Positions 9,729 to 20,753 of a stretch of 39,637 bases of DNA are shown one piece after another; the first letter of the stretch is position 1, and every line of letters starts with the position of its first letter. Source of the DNA: Craspedostauros australis (Eukaryota); assembly GCA_030167865.1 (NCBI GenBank), contig JALAGF010003711.1, forward strand, positions 1 to 39,637. Reading direction: 5' to 3'. The notes beneath the pieces are model-generated. The model was not told where the DNA came from and ran no database searches. It saw nothing but the letters and a program-made list of their open reading frames with translations. The position numbers were made by a program, and so were the translations under genes.

Positions 9729-12404
9729 ATGGCTCTCGTTGTTCCACCCATGAGCTCAGGCTTCGGCATGAGATACAACTTCGAGCAGCATCACCAAGAG
9801 CAAGAGCCGCACGAGGAGGAGCAATCCCAGCAGATGGCAAACACAGCTGACAAAGAAGCACTCCCAGGCATGCGAATCGAGCCATCTCACCACAATGACG
9901 AAGTGGCCGACCCAAATGTCAGGGCTGAACAGGCGCTCCACGAACAGCAGCCACGAGAGGGCGAATCGGTACTTCAACAATCAAGCACGAATCGAACCGA
10001 ACTGCACGAACAGCATCAAGAGGATGTGCAGTCCACCGACAGCGATGGTTTCGTTGTCGTTCCATCGCGAGAAACGCAAGATGATGATGCTGCTGACAAT
10101 GGCGATCGTAGCAACAATGATGATAACAGCAAGGCTCCCGAAACGGCAGCAGAGGCCACGTCTGAGGGAGAACAGGACGACTCGGACAATGGCGATGAAG
10201 AAAAGGAGCCTTCCGATGCGCAGACATCCGAAACGGAAGCTGCCGAAGCCGAGGAGGAACCGGCAGGCACTGGGCTGTTCTCGTTGTTCGGCAACAGCAA
10301 TGATAACAACGACAACACCGATGATGACGAAGACATCTATGGATTCGAATTCAACGATAACAACGACGGCGACAGCAATGACGTTGACAACGCCCCAGAA
10401 TCACAGCAATCCATCACCTTCCCCTTCTCGACCATGTCGACGACCCCGAGCCTTGGCGGCGGCCTTTCCAACCTTGGCAACACATGCTACATGAACTCCG
10501 CCTTGCAGCTCCTGCGCAGCGTGCCAGGTCTGCTCGGAAACCTCCAAAACCACGACCAGCAACCACCCTCAGACAATGATCTCCAGCTGCGCGAGGCCTT
10601 CTTCAAGGTCATGGAGCAGCTCGGCAATGACGAGACGGTGGAACCCGCGCAATTCAAGCGGATGCTGGATCAGCGATCATCGTTGTTTGTCGGATACCGA
10701 CAACAGGATTCGCACGAGTTCCTCACCACCTTGCTCGACCTGCTCGACGAGGATTATAAGGTGAAGAAGCCTGCTGTGGAACCTGAGGCCAGCGCTGCTG
10801 TGGATGTCGCCATGGGAGCAGACAGGGATGCAACGGAAGGTGTCACAGATGGCGACAACAAGTCGGCGTCCAACATCGATCACGACAACGATGATGGTAG
10901 CGAAACGAAGAGTGATGCAGGTTCCACCAACGAAAGCAATGATTGTGGCAACGACAATGACGCAAATGAGGATGCTGAGGTTGCACAGTCCGACAACGAG
11001 CAAGCCATTGATCAAGCCATCGATCAAGCCATCGAAGACCTCAGTGACGACGACGACGACGACGGCGACGACACTGCCAGTAGCAGAAACAACCAAGACT
11101 ACAATGACGACCATGTTCACAACACCGAAGATGAAACGCCGGCCAAGAAGCTCCGAACGCAGGAGTCCATGGATGAAACCATTATTGTGTCTGGTATCCA
11201 ACCCTCCAACTCGGCAGCAGACACCGAAGAGTCAGAATCGAAGTATTCGCAGGATGCATCATCCACCAATGACAAGTTGGCATCCAGCGAAATGAGCTTC
11301 GTGCCAATATCGAGATCGGGATCGTTGATGGATCTGCGCAATGACGACATTGCAGAGTTGCTGCATGGGGACGGGACTTCCATCAAGTCTGCCATAAACA
11401 GATCTTCAACAATCACGGCCGGATCTGCTTCGATGAGCTTCGACGATGATGATACCGACTCCCTGTTCACGAAGGCAACGGCGGCTCATTCATCGTGCAG
11501 GCTCGTTGGAGGTCGCATGAGCACGAGCAACGTGGTTCTGACGCCATTCAGCAACACGTCGAACGAAACCTGGGTGAAGATCTCAATGCCAGGCGACAAC
11601 GAGACATCCACGGAGTCTTCCAGTGACACAGTTGATGCTGTGGAAGATGGAGCAGAGTCCGATGTTGCCATGGAGGATGCGACTTCATCCGCTCATGCCG
11701 CGACCGCAACGCCTGGATCTGCCCCTGCCAATACTGTTGGCAGCGATGATAGTCAGGAGGCCGACCATGAAGCAAAGCCGCTGTCACCGATCGATCAGCA
11801 ATTCGCAATGAAGACATGCGTCAGCCTGACATGCGACTCATGCAAGTACGCCAGCAGACACAACGAGACCTTCCTGCACCTGTCCCTGGACATCGGCTCC
11901 GACGATTGCAACAGTATCGAGGACGGTCTGCGCAAGTTCTTCGCACCAGAAAAGCGCGAGCTCAAGTGCGAGAAGTGCTTTCACGAATCAGCGACCATGA
12001 CGACGTCCATCACCCGGATGCCGCCATCCATGCTCATCCACCTCAAGCGCTTCATCGTCGACATCAGCCCCGATTACACGTCCATCACGTACCGCAAGGA
12101 CAGATCGTCCGTGGATTTGCCAGAGAGGTTGGATATGGAAGACGAGCACGGTGTGCTTGCAGAGTTCATGGCACCAGATGTCACGCTGCCGCAACAATCA
12201 TCATCGCGGGGTGCCTACGAAATCCAGAGCATCGTGAACCACATCGGCTCTTCCGCATCGTGCGGTCATTACACGGCAGATGGCATGAAGAACGATGCAT
12301 GGACGCGATTCAATGATTCCTACGTGTCCGTCCTGCCCAAGAAGGCGGAGGCACTTGGTGAGGCATCGGAAACGGCCTACATGGTCCTCTACCAATGCAA
12401 GTAA
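9729..12404 (+). CDS. Ubiquitin-specific protease (peptidase C19, USP family)
   Basis: Cys box GLSNLGNTCYMNSALQ, QQDSHEFL box, fingers CDSC...CEKC, LIHLKRF, His box HIGSSASCGHYTA and WTRFNDSYV, terminal AYMVLY. First ATG at 9729. Confidence 0.95.
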   Translation: MALVVPPMSSGFGMRYNFEQHHQEQEPHEEEQSQQMANTADKEALPGMRIEPSHHNDEVADPNVRAEQALHEQQPREGESVLQQSSTNRTELHEQHQEDVQSTDSDGFVVVPSRETQDDDAADNGDRSNNDDNSKAPETAAEATSEGEQDDSDNGDEEKEPSDAQTSETEAAEAEEEPAGTGLFSLFGNSNDNNDNTDDDEDIYGFEFNDNNDGDSNDVDNAPESQQSITFPFSTMSTTPSLGGGLSNLGNTCYMNSALQLLRSVPGLLGNLQNHDQQPPSDNDLQLREAFFKVMEQLGNDETVEPAQFKRMLDQRSSLFVGYRQQDSHEFLTTLLDLLDEDYKVKKPAVEPEASAAVDVAMGADRDATEGVTDGDNKSASNIDHDNDDGSETKSDAGSTNESNDCGNDNDANEDAEVAQSDNEQAIDQAIDQAIEDLSDDDDDDGDDTASSRNNQDYNDDHVHNTEDETPAKKLRTQESMDETIIVSGIQPSNSAADTEESESKYSQDASSTNDKLASSEMSFVPISRSGSLMDLRNDDIAELLHGDGTSIKSAINRSSTITAGSASMSFDDDDTDSLFTKATAAHSSCRLVGGRMSTSNVVLTPFSNTSNETWVKISMPGDNETSTESSSDTVDAVEDGAESDVAMEDATSSAHAATATPGSAPANTVGSDDSQEADHEAKPLSPIDQQFAMKTCVSLTCDSCKYASRHNETFLHLSLDIGSDDCNSIEDGLRKFFAPEKRELKCEKCFHESATMTTSITRMPPSMLIHLKRFIVDISPDYTSITYRKDRSSVDLPERLDMEDEHGVLAEFMAPDVTLPQQSSSRGAYEIQSIVNHIGSSASCGHYTADGMKNDAWTRFNDSYVSVLPKKAEALGEASETAYMVLYQCK

Positions 12405-13054
12405 GCGGCTCGCGATTTCATGGGTGTACCATCCGGTGCGGTACGAGTAGTGTGGCACGAGTGCCCGTAGACTAGACAGTTAGTATGGTAGTTGAACTGA
12501 GACTTGTACACACAAGAGTATTCTGTATAATATGATGGTAGGAACTACGAGTAGTGGCATGAGTGTTGCAGTTGTGGTGTCGTCGATGCGAATAATCGAG
12601 CATGCAATGTCCACGACCTCAAGGAGATGGAGCAATTGCGCAGAGGGATGTTGGGAGGAGAGTCGCGGTGGCATTGCCCACAAGGGTTCTGCCAACGCTC
12701 CGACAAATGCTGACGATGAGAACAGTTTGAAAGGATTCGTTGCTTGGCTGCAATTATCTGTTGGCTTTTCCGCTCGATGATGGCTTGTGCTTTGAGTGTT
12801 GACGACAAGTCGACTGGACGCCCTGTGGTGATAACACCGCGGCAGGCATTGCGTGATGTTGCTCGAGAGTTCACGTCACCACGTTCTTGCCGATTCAGAT
12901 CAACTGGACACAGCACAACGCACCATGCTCACATTGTACATCCAAATTGTGCGGGGCATGCGATTCTCGGGTGTCATGATTGCACAAAGGACTCACACCA
13001 ACAGAACAACAGGCTGCTTCAGCGAAATTGGATCAAGGTAAGACGTAAAATTAT

Positions 13055-14314
13055 TTACAGTTCGTCGCTTCCGGAGACGGCGGCAGCCTTGACGGCCTTC
13101 ATGAGTCCAAGTCCAGAGTCCTTGATGGCGGCGAGGGTGGCATCCTTGTCGGACATGAGCTTCTGGTAGGTCTCCTGGAGCTTCTGGACCTCGGTCTTGA
13201 AAGTCTCCTCGGCCTCCTCCATCTCGGCTTCCTTCTCCTCGATGGCCTTGGTGAGGTCAGCATCGGACATGGCCTGGAACTTCTCGATCTCGGCCTTCTT
13301 GTCAGCGTCGCAAAGGTCGATGTTGCTTGGGGAGCACATTGGCTTGAGGTTGTCCTCGGCGAAGGCCTTGAGGTCGTCGTAGACGCGTCCTCCCTGGTAG
13401 TCCTCGAGGGCAGCTGGATCTCCCCACTTGATGGTTGGGTATCCGCGGACACCGTTGGCGTCGCAAAGTGGCTTGCCCTCGCCGGTGCAGTCAACATCGG
13501 CGATGAGCTTGGTCGGGCTGTCAGCGAACTCGCCCATGAGCTTGTCCCAGTCTGGCTTCATCTTCTGTAATTTTGCCAGTACGTTATAGAATGTGTCATT
13601 GCATGCCCGATATAGTGTTAGCATCGTGTTGATTGCGAAAACGCGGTGATTCACGTGTTGTTGGCACAGCAACGTCGGAAATTGCGCGCGGAGATTCGTC
13701 GGTAGGATTTAGAAAAGGGAGACGCGATGGTGGATGTGAGATGACAAGCTCAATTCATTTGTTAGTTCTGCCGCTCGATCGATGGTGCTCATGGTTGCCA
13801 CCATGCTGCATGTGCCGTGCGCCAGTCGCCATGAGCTTGCCAACAAGCAGTGCAGTTCTCGTTGCCGAAATTTGGATATCTTTCGCGCAGTGTCGTGGTT
13901 GGGGCATCGGCGGTCATTGGTCATTGTTGGGATCGTGCTCGTCGCATGCTCCACCTGTCGACGATGATGTGTTGCATGCAAAGACACCCTGCACTGGCTC
14001 ATCCGCACCCTCATGCGAGGCGATGCAGTCGGCATGCAAGTAGGCAACCATCGCAGCACACAGTCACAACAGAACCGAACAATCACCATCTCCGAGCGTC
14101 CAATGCGATCCATCTCGCAGAATCATATCTTCAGGTTTCACCCTTTCGTGCTCCGCCTTGTCCAACTTGCCTTGCAGTGTCCGCACCATGGGGCGAAGAA
14201 CTTGATCAACACAGTCTTTCCTGCGGTCTCAGTGTCGTAGTTGTCTGGTGTGAGCTCAACGGCGTTGGCTCCGGCCATGAGGCCGAGGGTGATAAGGGCG
14301 AGGGACTTCATCAT
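13055..14314 (-). CDS. ER-resident PDI-like single-domain thioredoxin with coiled-coil tail; exons 14314-14171 and 13564-13055
   Basis: Exon 1 encodes signal peptide [18 protein letters not shown] and VELTPDNY...[12 protein letters not shown]. It joins in frame to KMKPDWDKL...DVDCT...[11 protein letters not shown]-terminal ER-retention signal SDEL. Confidence 0.92.
13565..14170 (-). other. GC-AG spliceosomal intron (606 nt) in the PDI-like gene
   Basis: Donor AAG|GCAAGT, acceptor TTACAG|AAG, branch-like GCTAAC about 55 nt before the acceptor. The phase-0 join restores WCGHCK-KMKPDW. Confidence 0.8.
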
Positions 14315-16678
14315 GATTGCGACTTTGTGCTTTTTGTATTTTTATGGCTGAGGACGTTGTCGCGGATTGTTGCGAGTTGTTGTGCAGCGAAGACGAAGGA
14401 AAACCGCACCAACTCACATCAAGCAACATCGTGCGCAGCATTCTCAAAAACGCACACAACGGCAAAACACACCCAATGCCAGCAACGGACACAAACAACC
14501 TTGTGGCGAGATTGTGTTGTGGACATTCGTCGTGCTTCAGGTCATTTCTGAACGGTTCGATCGTCTGTACGTCGATCTCAGAGCAGCATTTGGAGGCGAA
14601 TCTAGCGCTCGTGGGTGGTGTACCGCTTCTGAAGTATTCCATGCTTCGCACAACAACAGCTGCGCATGGTTCTCGCAGATGGCAGTAGTAGTACCAATGT
14701 CATCTGTAGCGCAGTTCTCTGCGGTCGAGGTATTTATGGTACCTCCACGTGGTATTAACGGTCAAGCACACAATCGAGTAGAATAGGACTCCGGCACAAC
14801 CTGCGAACCCGAGTTCTCCCGCCATCTGTGCGCGTTGTCCTTCGTGGATGTTCAAAGATGACCCTTGGTCACGTTTCGTGTGCGACACGTTTCATGTGTG
14901 ACACGTGTCGCCTCCGAAAATCGACGCAACACACAACACACACGACTGACGAGAAACGATTGGCGATGCTGCCAACGAACACGATCGAACATTGGCCGAA
15001 TGATCGTCTGGGTCCAGTCCTGATTTCACACGATCACGAGGTCGATACTCTCTTGAAGAGGTCGACAGAGTTCGGTCATGGATACAACGAGTCACGAAGC
15101 TCTTTGTGTCGTGTTGGCTTCTTGGTGAATCGAAACGAAATCAACGCGGTCGCACAAACAAGAAGAGATGAAGGGTGGAGGAAGACACAAGAGGACGAAG
15201 CTGATGAGACCAATCGGCGAACTTGGGGATACAAAAGGAGTATTGCAATGGAACATGTGGCCATGGAAGGATGCTGAACATTTAGCACTCTTTCCGACAG
15301 TGGCAAAGCACAATAAACGACGACAATGATGGCAAATGCCGCAGTGTGCCAAGCTTCGTTGCTCCGGATGGCCACGTGTCATCTTGCATCAAATCATCAG
15401 GCTCAGCAGAGCAACGTGAATCATTCTGCGTTTGGAGTGCGGCGAAGGATGTTGCACATGGGTGGGAAGAAGGTGGTGTGCGCAGACCAACGTCACAGAA
15501 GCAGACGTAGACGCACCAGCATCGACATCCAGCGTATCACTATTCCGCGCGACGTGAATTCACGGTGATGGATGCAATGCGGCCGCACATGAGACACAAA
15601 AAGCACAGCGATCATCTCTACCATATGTAGAATAGGTTCGCGGAAGGCGTCGTATTCTCCAAGTACTCTGTCTTGGCTCCTCTTCAGTCCATGACTGTGG
15701 AATACGACAAAGTCTGCTTCGCTCTACTGAAATTGTGCAACTGCCACAAATCAGCGCTCAACGATGCATGCGTCGTGCTCGCTGCGACCTTGTGACTCTC
15801 TCTCGCCATCTTTCTTGCCGCATCTAATACCTGGCTCCTCCCGAGAGATCAGTGTCGCAGACCGGCACCGCCGATCATTCGCCCATCATGGTCACGTTGC
15901 CTCCACAGGTTGGTCTTTGTGGATGAGGTTGGTGTGCGTTTCTGCGTTTGGCGCGCGATTGTGGTTTCGCATGAACCGAATCCTTCGACCCCACAGAATT
16001 TCATACAGCGGATGGTAGCACAGACCGTTGAAAGTGTTTGCGTTTTGCGTCGCTGATTGACTGGTTGTTGCGACCACCACCTCGTGATGTCGCTGAAAGG
16101 AGGACAAAGACGGAAATGGAGGCGCAACAAGCAGCAGCGCCTGCGCAGTTCGTGGCGGAGACCTTCAGTTCGCGCCGTATCACGGACCGGAGTAGCTCGC
16201 AGGCACATTGCAGTAAGAACTGCGACGACGCGGACACGACAAGAGAGAGGCATCGGCCATCACAACACGGCATCGTGTTTGCGTTGATGGTTGCCTGCGC
16301 CCACCCAAGAGGCATCAGCACACCACACATCACCTCCCGCAAGTCATCAGCGATCCATTCCACAACTGTCCACAACAATCCACAAGAGCACCTTGCATTC
16401 GCAGTTTCATTTGCGCTCCTCACAGCTGCACTTGTATCATCAGATACCAAGCAAGAAGATCACAAAGGAAAAGAGGATCTTGGAGACGTGAAGAGAGTCT
16501 GGACGACACGAACATCATTCCACAGATCAAAGGAGATCAAAGGAGACCAGAGCAGAGCAGTCCTCTGACCAGAAGTTGGGGCGGAAGCAGACAATCAACT
16601 GGGGCATCAGCAGACTCAAGTGCGAATTCATCCTCTCTCTTGCTCTAGACAGAGCCTTCGTAGTGATAGAGAGACATC

Positions 16679-19600
16679 ATGGACGTCGAACAGCTCCACG
16701 TGATCCTCCAGCAGTCCTTCAGCCCAGATGCTGCGCTGCGGAACCCAGCGGAGGACACCATCCGCAACCTCAAGCACATGAAAGGAGCCACCATCCTTCT
16801 GTTGCAGGTCACAGCGGAGAAGCAGGTGCGTTTGCTTACTGTCACCCCCATTCCATGTCAATGTCAATATCGATGTCATGCACTATTCCATGTCGTCTGT
16901 TGTGCCCATGCTTCTCCATGTCATCCGCGTGGCGTGCGAGCTACGAACATGGCAGCTTCCATTCTGGCGTGTTTGGTTGTCCACGATGGCAAAGGAGACA
17001 CCAAAGATCCAATCCTCTTGTGTTGGACAGACCTCATCCATGCCACAATCCAAATCTCACCTCGATCGTTTCATTCATCCAACCATGCATCAATCCATCA
17101 ACGCATTAATTCGTCATATGCCCTCTCATTCCGCAACATCTATGCCATCTACCTCTCTTTCCAATGCAATGCATGCAACGTAATGCAATACGATGATGGC
17201 AATACGGACTATTCTACATCTCAATTCCAATCCACTCCCATTCTCAAATGGCCCATCAAACCAAACGTCGCAACACAACACAACCACAACATAACCACAA
17301 TGCATTTCATTCCATTCCATGCAACATAATAGGTCCAATTTGAGGTCAGACAGGCAGCTGCGATCCAGCTCAAGAACATCTGCCGAGAATGCTGGGCGGA
17401 ACGGGTCAGCTTCGCGGGATATCCATTGTCAGACGGCGAAGGCAAGAAGCCACCCATCCTGGACGACGATGATAAGTCCAAGATCAGGCCAGGACTCGTC
17501 ACGGCGCTCCTCGACGAGCCGGAGAAGAGTCTCAGAGATCTGCTGGCGGAAACACTGCACACCATCGTCATCCATGACTTCCCGGCCAATTGGCCAGACC
17601 TCATCCCCGCTCTCCTCACCACCGTCCAGAGCGGCGCCAACGATCCATCCCAGGCATTGCGCGTCCACAACGCCCTCCTCGCGCTGCGCAAGGTCTGCAA
17701 ACGCTACGAGTACAAAAGCAAAGAGCAGCGCGGTCCCTTGAACGAGATCGTCGCGCAGTCATTCCCCCTGCTACTGCCGCTGGCACAGCGCCTGTCGCTG
17801 CCGGAGGAGCATTCTCTCGAGGCGGCCATGATGCTCAAACAAATTCTCAAGATCTTCTGGTCCTCCACGCAGTTCTACCTGCCCGGTGGCGATGGCAACA
17901 CGCCCTCGCCAGCGCTCGCCAACCCGGAATCCATGCAACCCTGGTTGACCATCCTGCAGCAAGCCCTCATCAAGCCACTGCCCGAGGCCAACACCGGATT
18001 GGAACCGCGCGGTCAGCCGACCACCGTCGAAGAACGCAACGCCTGGCCGTGGTGGAAGGTCAAGAAGTGGGCAGTGCAAATCATGAGCCGTCTGTTTTCG
18101 CGATACGGCATCCCGACCTACGTCGAGGACGATGCGAAGGAGTTTGCCAAATTCTTCTCGCAGCAGGTCGCCACGCAGTTCCTCGGTCCTGTCTGCGAGA
18201 CCCTCAATCTGCGACCGAGCGGCGCATTCTGCACGGACCGCGTCGTCCATCTCTGTTTGTCATACGTCGATCTGGCGGTGGAGCTGTCCTCCACGTACAA
18301 GCTGCTCAAACCCCACCTGGAGTTCCTCCTCTACAAGGTCTGCTTCCCAACCATGTGCCTCACGCAGGAGGATATCGAAACGTTCGAGAATGACCCGCAC
18401 GAATTCGTGCACCGTCAGAACAGCCCGCTCGCTGACTTTTACGACCCGCGCATGTCGGCCATCACCCTCGTCACAGACCTCGTCAAGCACCGCGGTCAGG
18501 ACGTCACCCAGAACTTGCTGGGCAAGATGACGGAGATCCTGCAGCTCTACAGGGCCGCCGCGCCTGAAAGCAAAAATCATGTCGAAAAGGACGGCGCGCT
18601 GCTCACGTTCGGATCGCTGTCCAAGTTCCTCCTCGCCAAGGACAAATACGCTCAAGAAATCGAGGGCCTGCTCGTGGCCTCCGTCTTTCCTGACTTCAAT
18701 TCCCCAGTCGGCTTCCTTCGGTACAGAGCGTGCTGGATGGTGCAGCAATTCTCGACGGTCACGTGGTCCGACGATGGCACCAACCTGAGAAATCTCCTGC
18801 AGCTCACGTTGCAGCGTCTCAGCGATCCGGCCCTGCCCGTGCAGATCGAGGCCAGCAAGGCCCTTCGCTTCCTCATCGAAGCCGACGGTGCCGAGGAAAC
18901 GCTCCTTCCCGTCCTGCCGCAGCTGCTCACGGAGTATTTCAGAATCATGAACGAGATCGGCAACGACGAAGTCGTCAGTGCACTCCAAGTTCTGTTGGAC
19001 AAATTTGGGGACCACATTGAACCGCACGCCGTCGCCCTCGTCACGCAGCTCAGCACCGCATTCAACCAGTACTGCACGGCAGGCGAAGATGAAGACGACG
19101 ATGACGCCGCCATGGCAGCAGCGCAGTGCCTCGAATGCATCGCCACGGTCCTCAAGGGAGTTTGCGACAAGCCTAGCCTTCTGAAGACATTGGAACCGCT
19201 CCTCGTGCCGCTCGTGCTCAAGATCATGGGCAACGACGGCGAGTACATCGAATACCTAGAATGCGCCCTGGACATCCTCACCTTCCTCACATACTTCCCC
19301 GACACCATCTCGCCGGAGCTCTGGCAGGCCTTCCCGCTCATCTACAACGCCTTCGATAACTGGGCCTACGACTACCTCAACATGATGGTCCCGTGCCTCC
19401 AGAGCTACATCGCGAAGGCGCCCGACTTTTTCCTCCAAGGCAAGGCGCAAGTGGATCAAGGGCTGGCACCGTACATCGATTTGATTGTGAGCATCGTCGC
19501 CAAGACGGTCACCAACGAGAGAGCGTCGGAGTCGGAATGCCGGTACGCGCTCTCGTTATTCATGAGCATCCTACACAACTGCCAAGGCAAGGTCGACGGG

Positions 19601-20416
19601 TACATACCGATCATCAACGAAATCGTCCTGGGCAAGCTGGGGCAGCAGGTGGAGGCGCAGATACCGCTGACGCGAATCTCCATCTACCAAGTCCTTGGCT
19701 CGGCCCTGTACTACAACCCGCAGCTGGAATTAATGGAGCTGGAAAAGAGAGGCGTCACGCAGCAGGTCTTTGGAAAATGGATGAAGGACGCGGAAGGAAT
19801 GGACCGCTGGTTGCCACGCAAATTGACCGTGATGGGACTCGTCTCCCTCCTGCAGCTGCCAACCACCGTATTGCCAGCATCGGTCGGCGCCTCCATCCCG
19901 CAGCTCATCCACTCCGTCGTCCAGATGACCATCAAGCTGAAAGAGGATTCCGAAAAGCAAGACGGCCCATCACAGCCGGAAGATCATGACATCACGGATG
20001 GCGGTCTGGGAGATGACGTCGGCGATGTCGACCAAGGCTTCGGAGAGGATGAGGACGTCACGAACGAAGTCGACGAGACCTACCGCAAGGCATTGCAGGG
20101 CGTCACCAACTGGGACGATGACATGGCCAAATTCTTGTTGGGCAGCGATTGGGATGACGACAGAGAGGATGTGGATGAAGACTTCACATCCCCGTTGGAT
20201 CAAGTGGACGAACTGTTTTACCTGAGCGATGTCCTGAATGGCGCCTTCCAGCGCGAACCTGAGGCCTACCAGCAAATACAGGCAGCCATGCCACCAGAGT
20301 CCGTTGCCAACGTCCAGAAGGTGTTCCAAGCAGCAGAGGCCCTTCGAGCGCAGATCGTGCAGCAACAGCAGCAACAACAACAACAGCAGCAGCCACAGGC
20401 TCCTCATCAAGCGTAA
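16679..20416 (+). CDS. Importin-7/8-like karyopherin beta (HEAT repeats); exons 16679-16825 and 17333-20416
   Basis: IBN_N start MDVEQLHVILQQSFSPDAALRNPAE...VRQAAAIQLKN. Conserved DFPANWP, WPWWKVKKW, FENDPHEF and FLRYRACW motifs. Acidic C-terminal region. Confidence 0.95.
16826..17332 (+). other. GT-AG intron (507 nt) in the importin gene
   Basis: Donor CAG|GTGCGT, acceptor AATAG|GTC. The phase-0 join gives TAEKQ-VQFEVRQAAA. Confidence 0.88.
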
Positions 20417-20753
20417 ACATCGATACCGGGCATTGTTGAAGAAAACACGAAAAGACGAAGAGACAGCGTGTGGATATTCCATGCGTCGGACTTGGCGTGG
20501 AACCAAACGAAACGGACATTGAGTGTGACGGGAGTGAGTTGATATTAGAGACAGGAAGCATCCACTGATGCCGTTGACATTAATACCACGGTGCTCTACC
20601 ATGCTCATAAAAGAGTCTCTACCAACACATATGTACGGAACGCCTCTGCTCTACTCAACGCCCTTTATTCTGTACCCCCTCATGCCTTTCACTGTAAAAG
20701 CGTTTCGCGATACATCAGCAACTGCTTTGTGAATCCCAAACGATGCAGTGCCG

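Noticed and set aside
12900-12980. SECIS-like ATGA...AA...GA in the PDI 3' region
   Set aside because: Wrong spacing, no pairing helix, and no in-frame TGA in the gene.
13565-13672. N-terminal 36 aa of the track ORF 13055..13672
   Set aside because: Intronic; the real N-terminus with signal peptide and WCGHC is at 14171-14314.
14745-14752. CCACGTGG G-box/UPR-like site upstream of the PDI-like gene
   Set aside because: Short motif; CACGTG occurs several times in the window, so it cannot be supported without conservation data.
14828-16568. ORFs of 130-180 aa between the PDI and importin genes
   Set aside because: No codon bias or motifs; consistent with divergent promoter and UTR sequence.
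16826-17329. C-terminal part of ORF 16679..17329
   Set aside because: Read-through into the importin intron.
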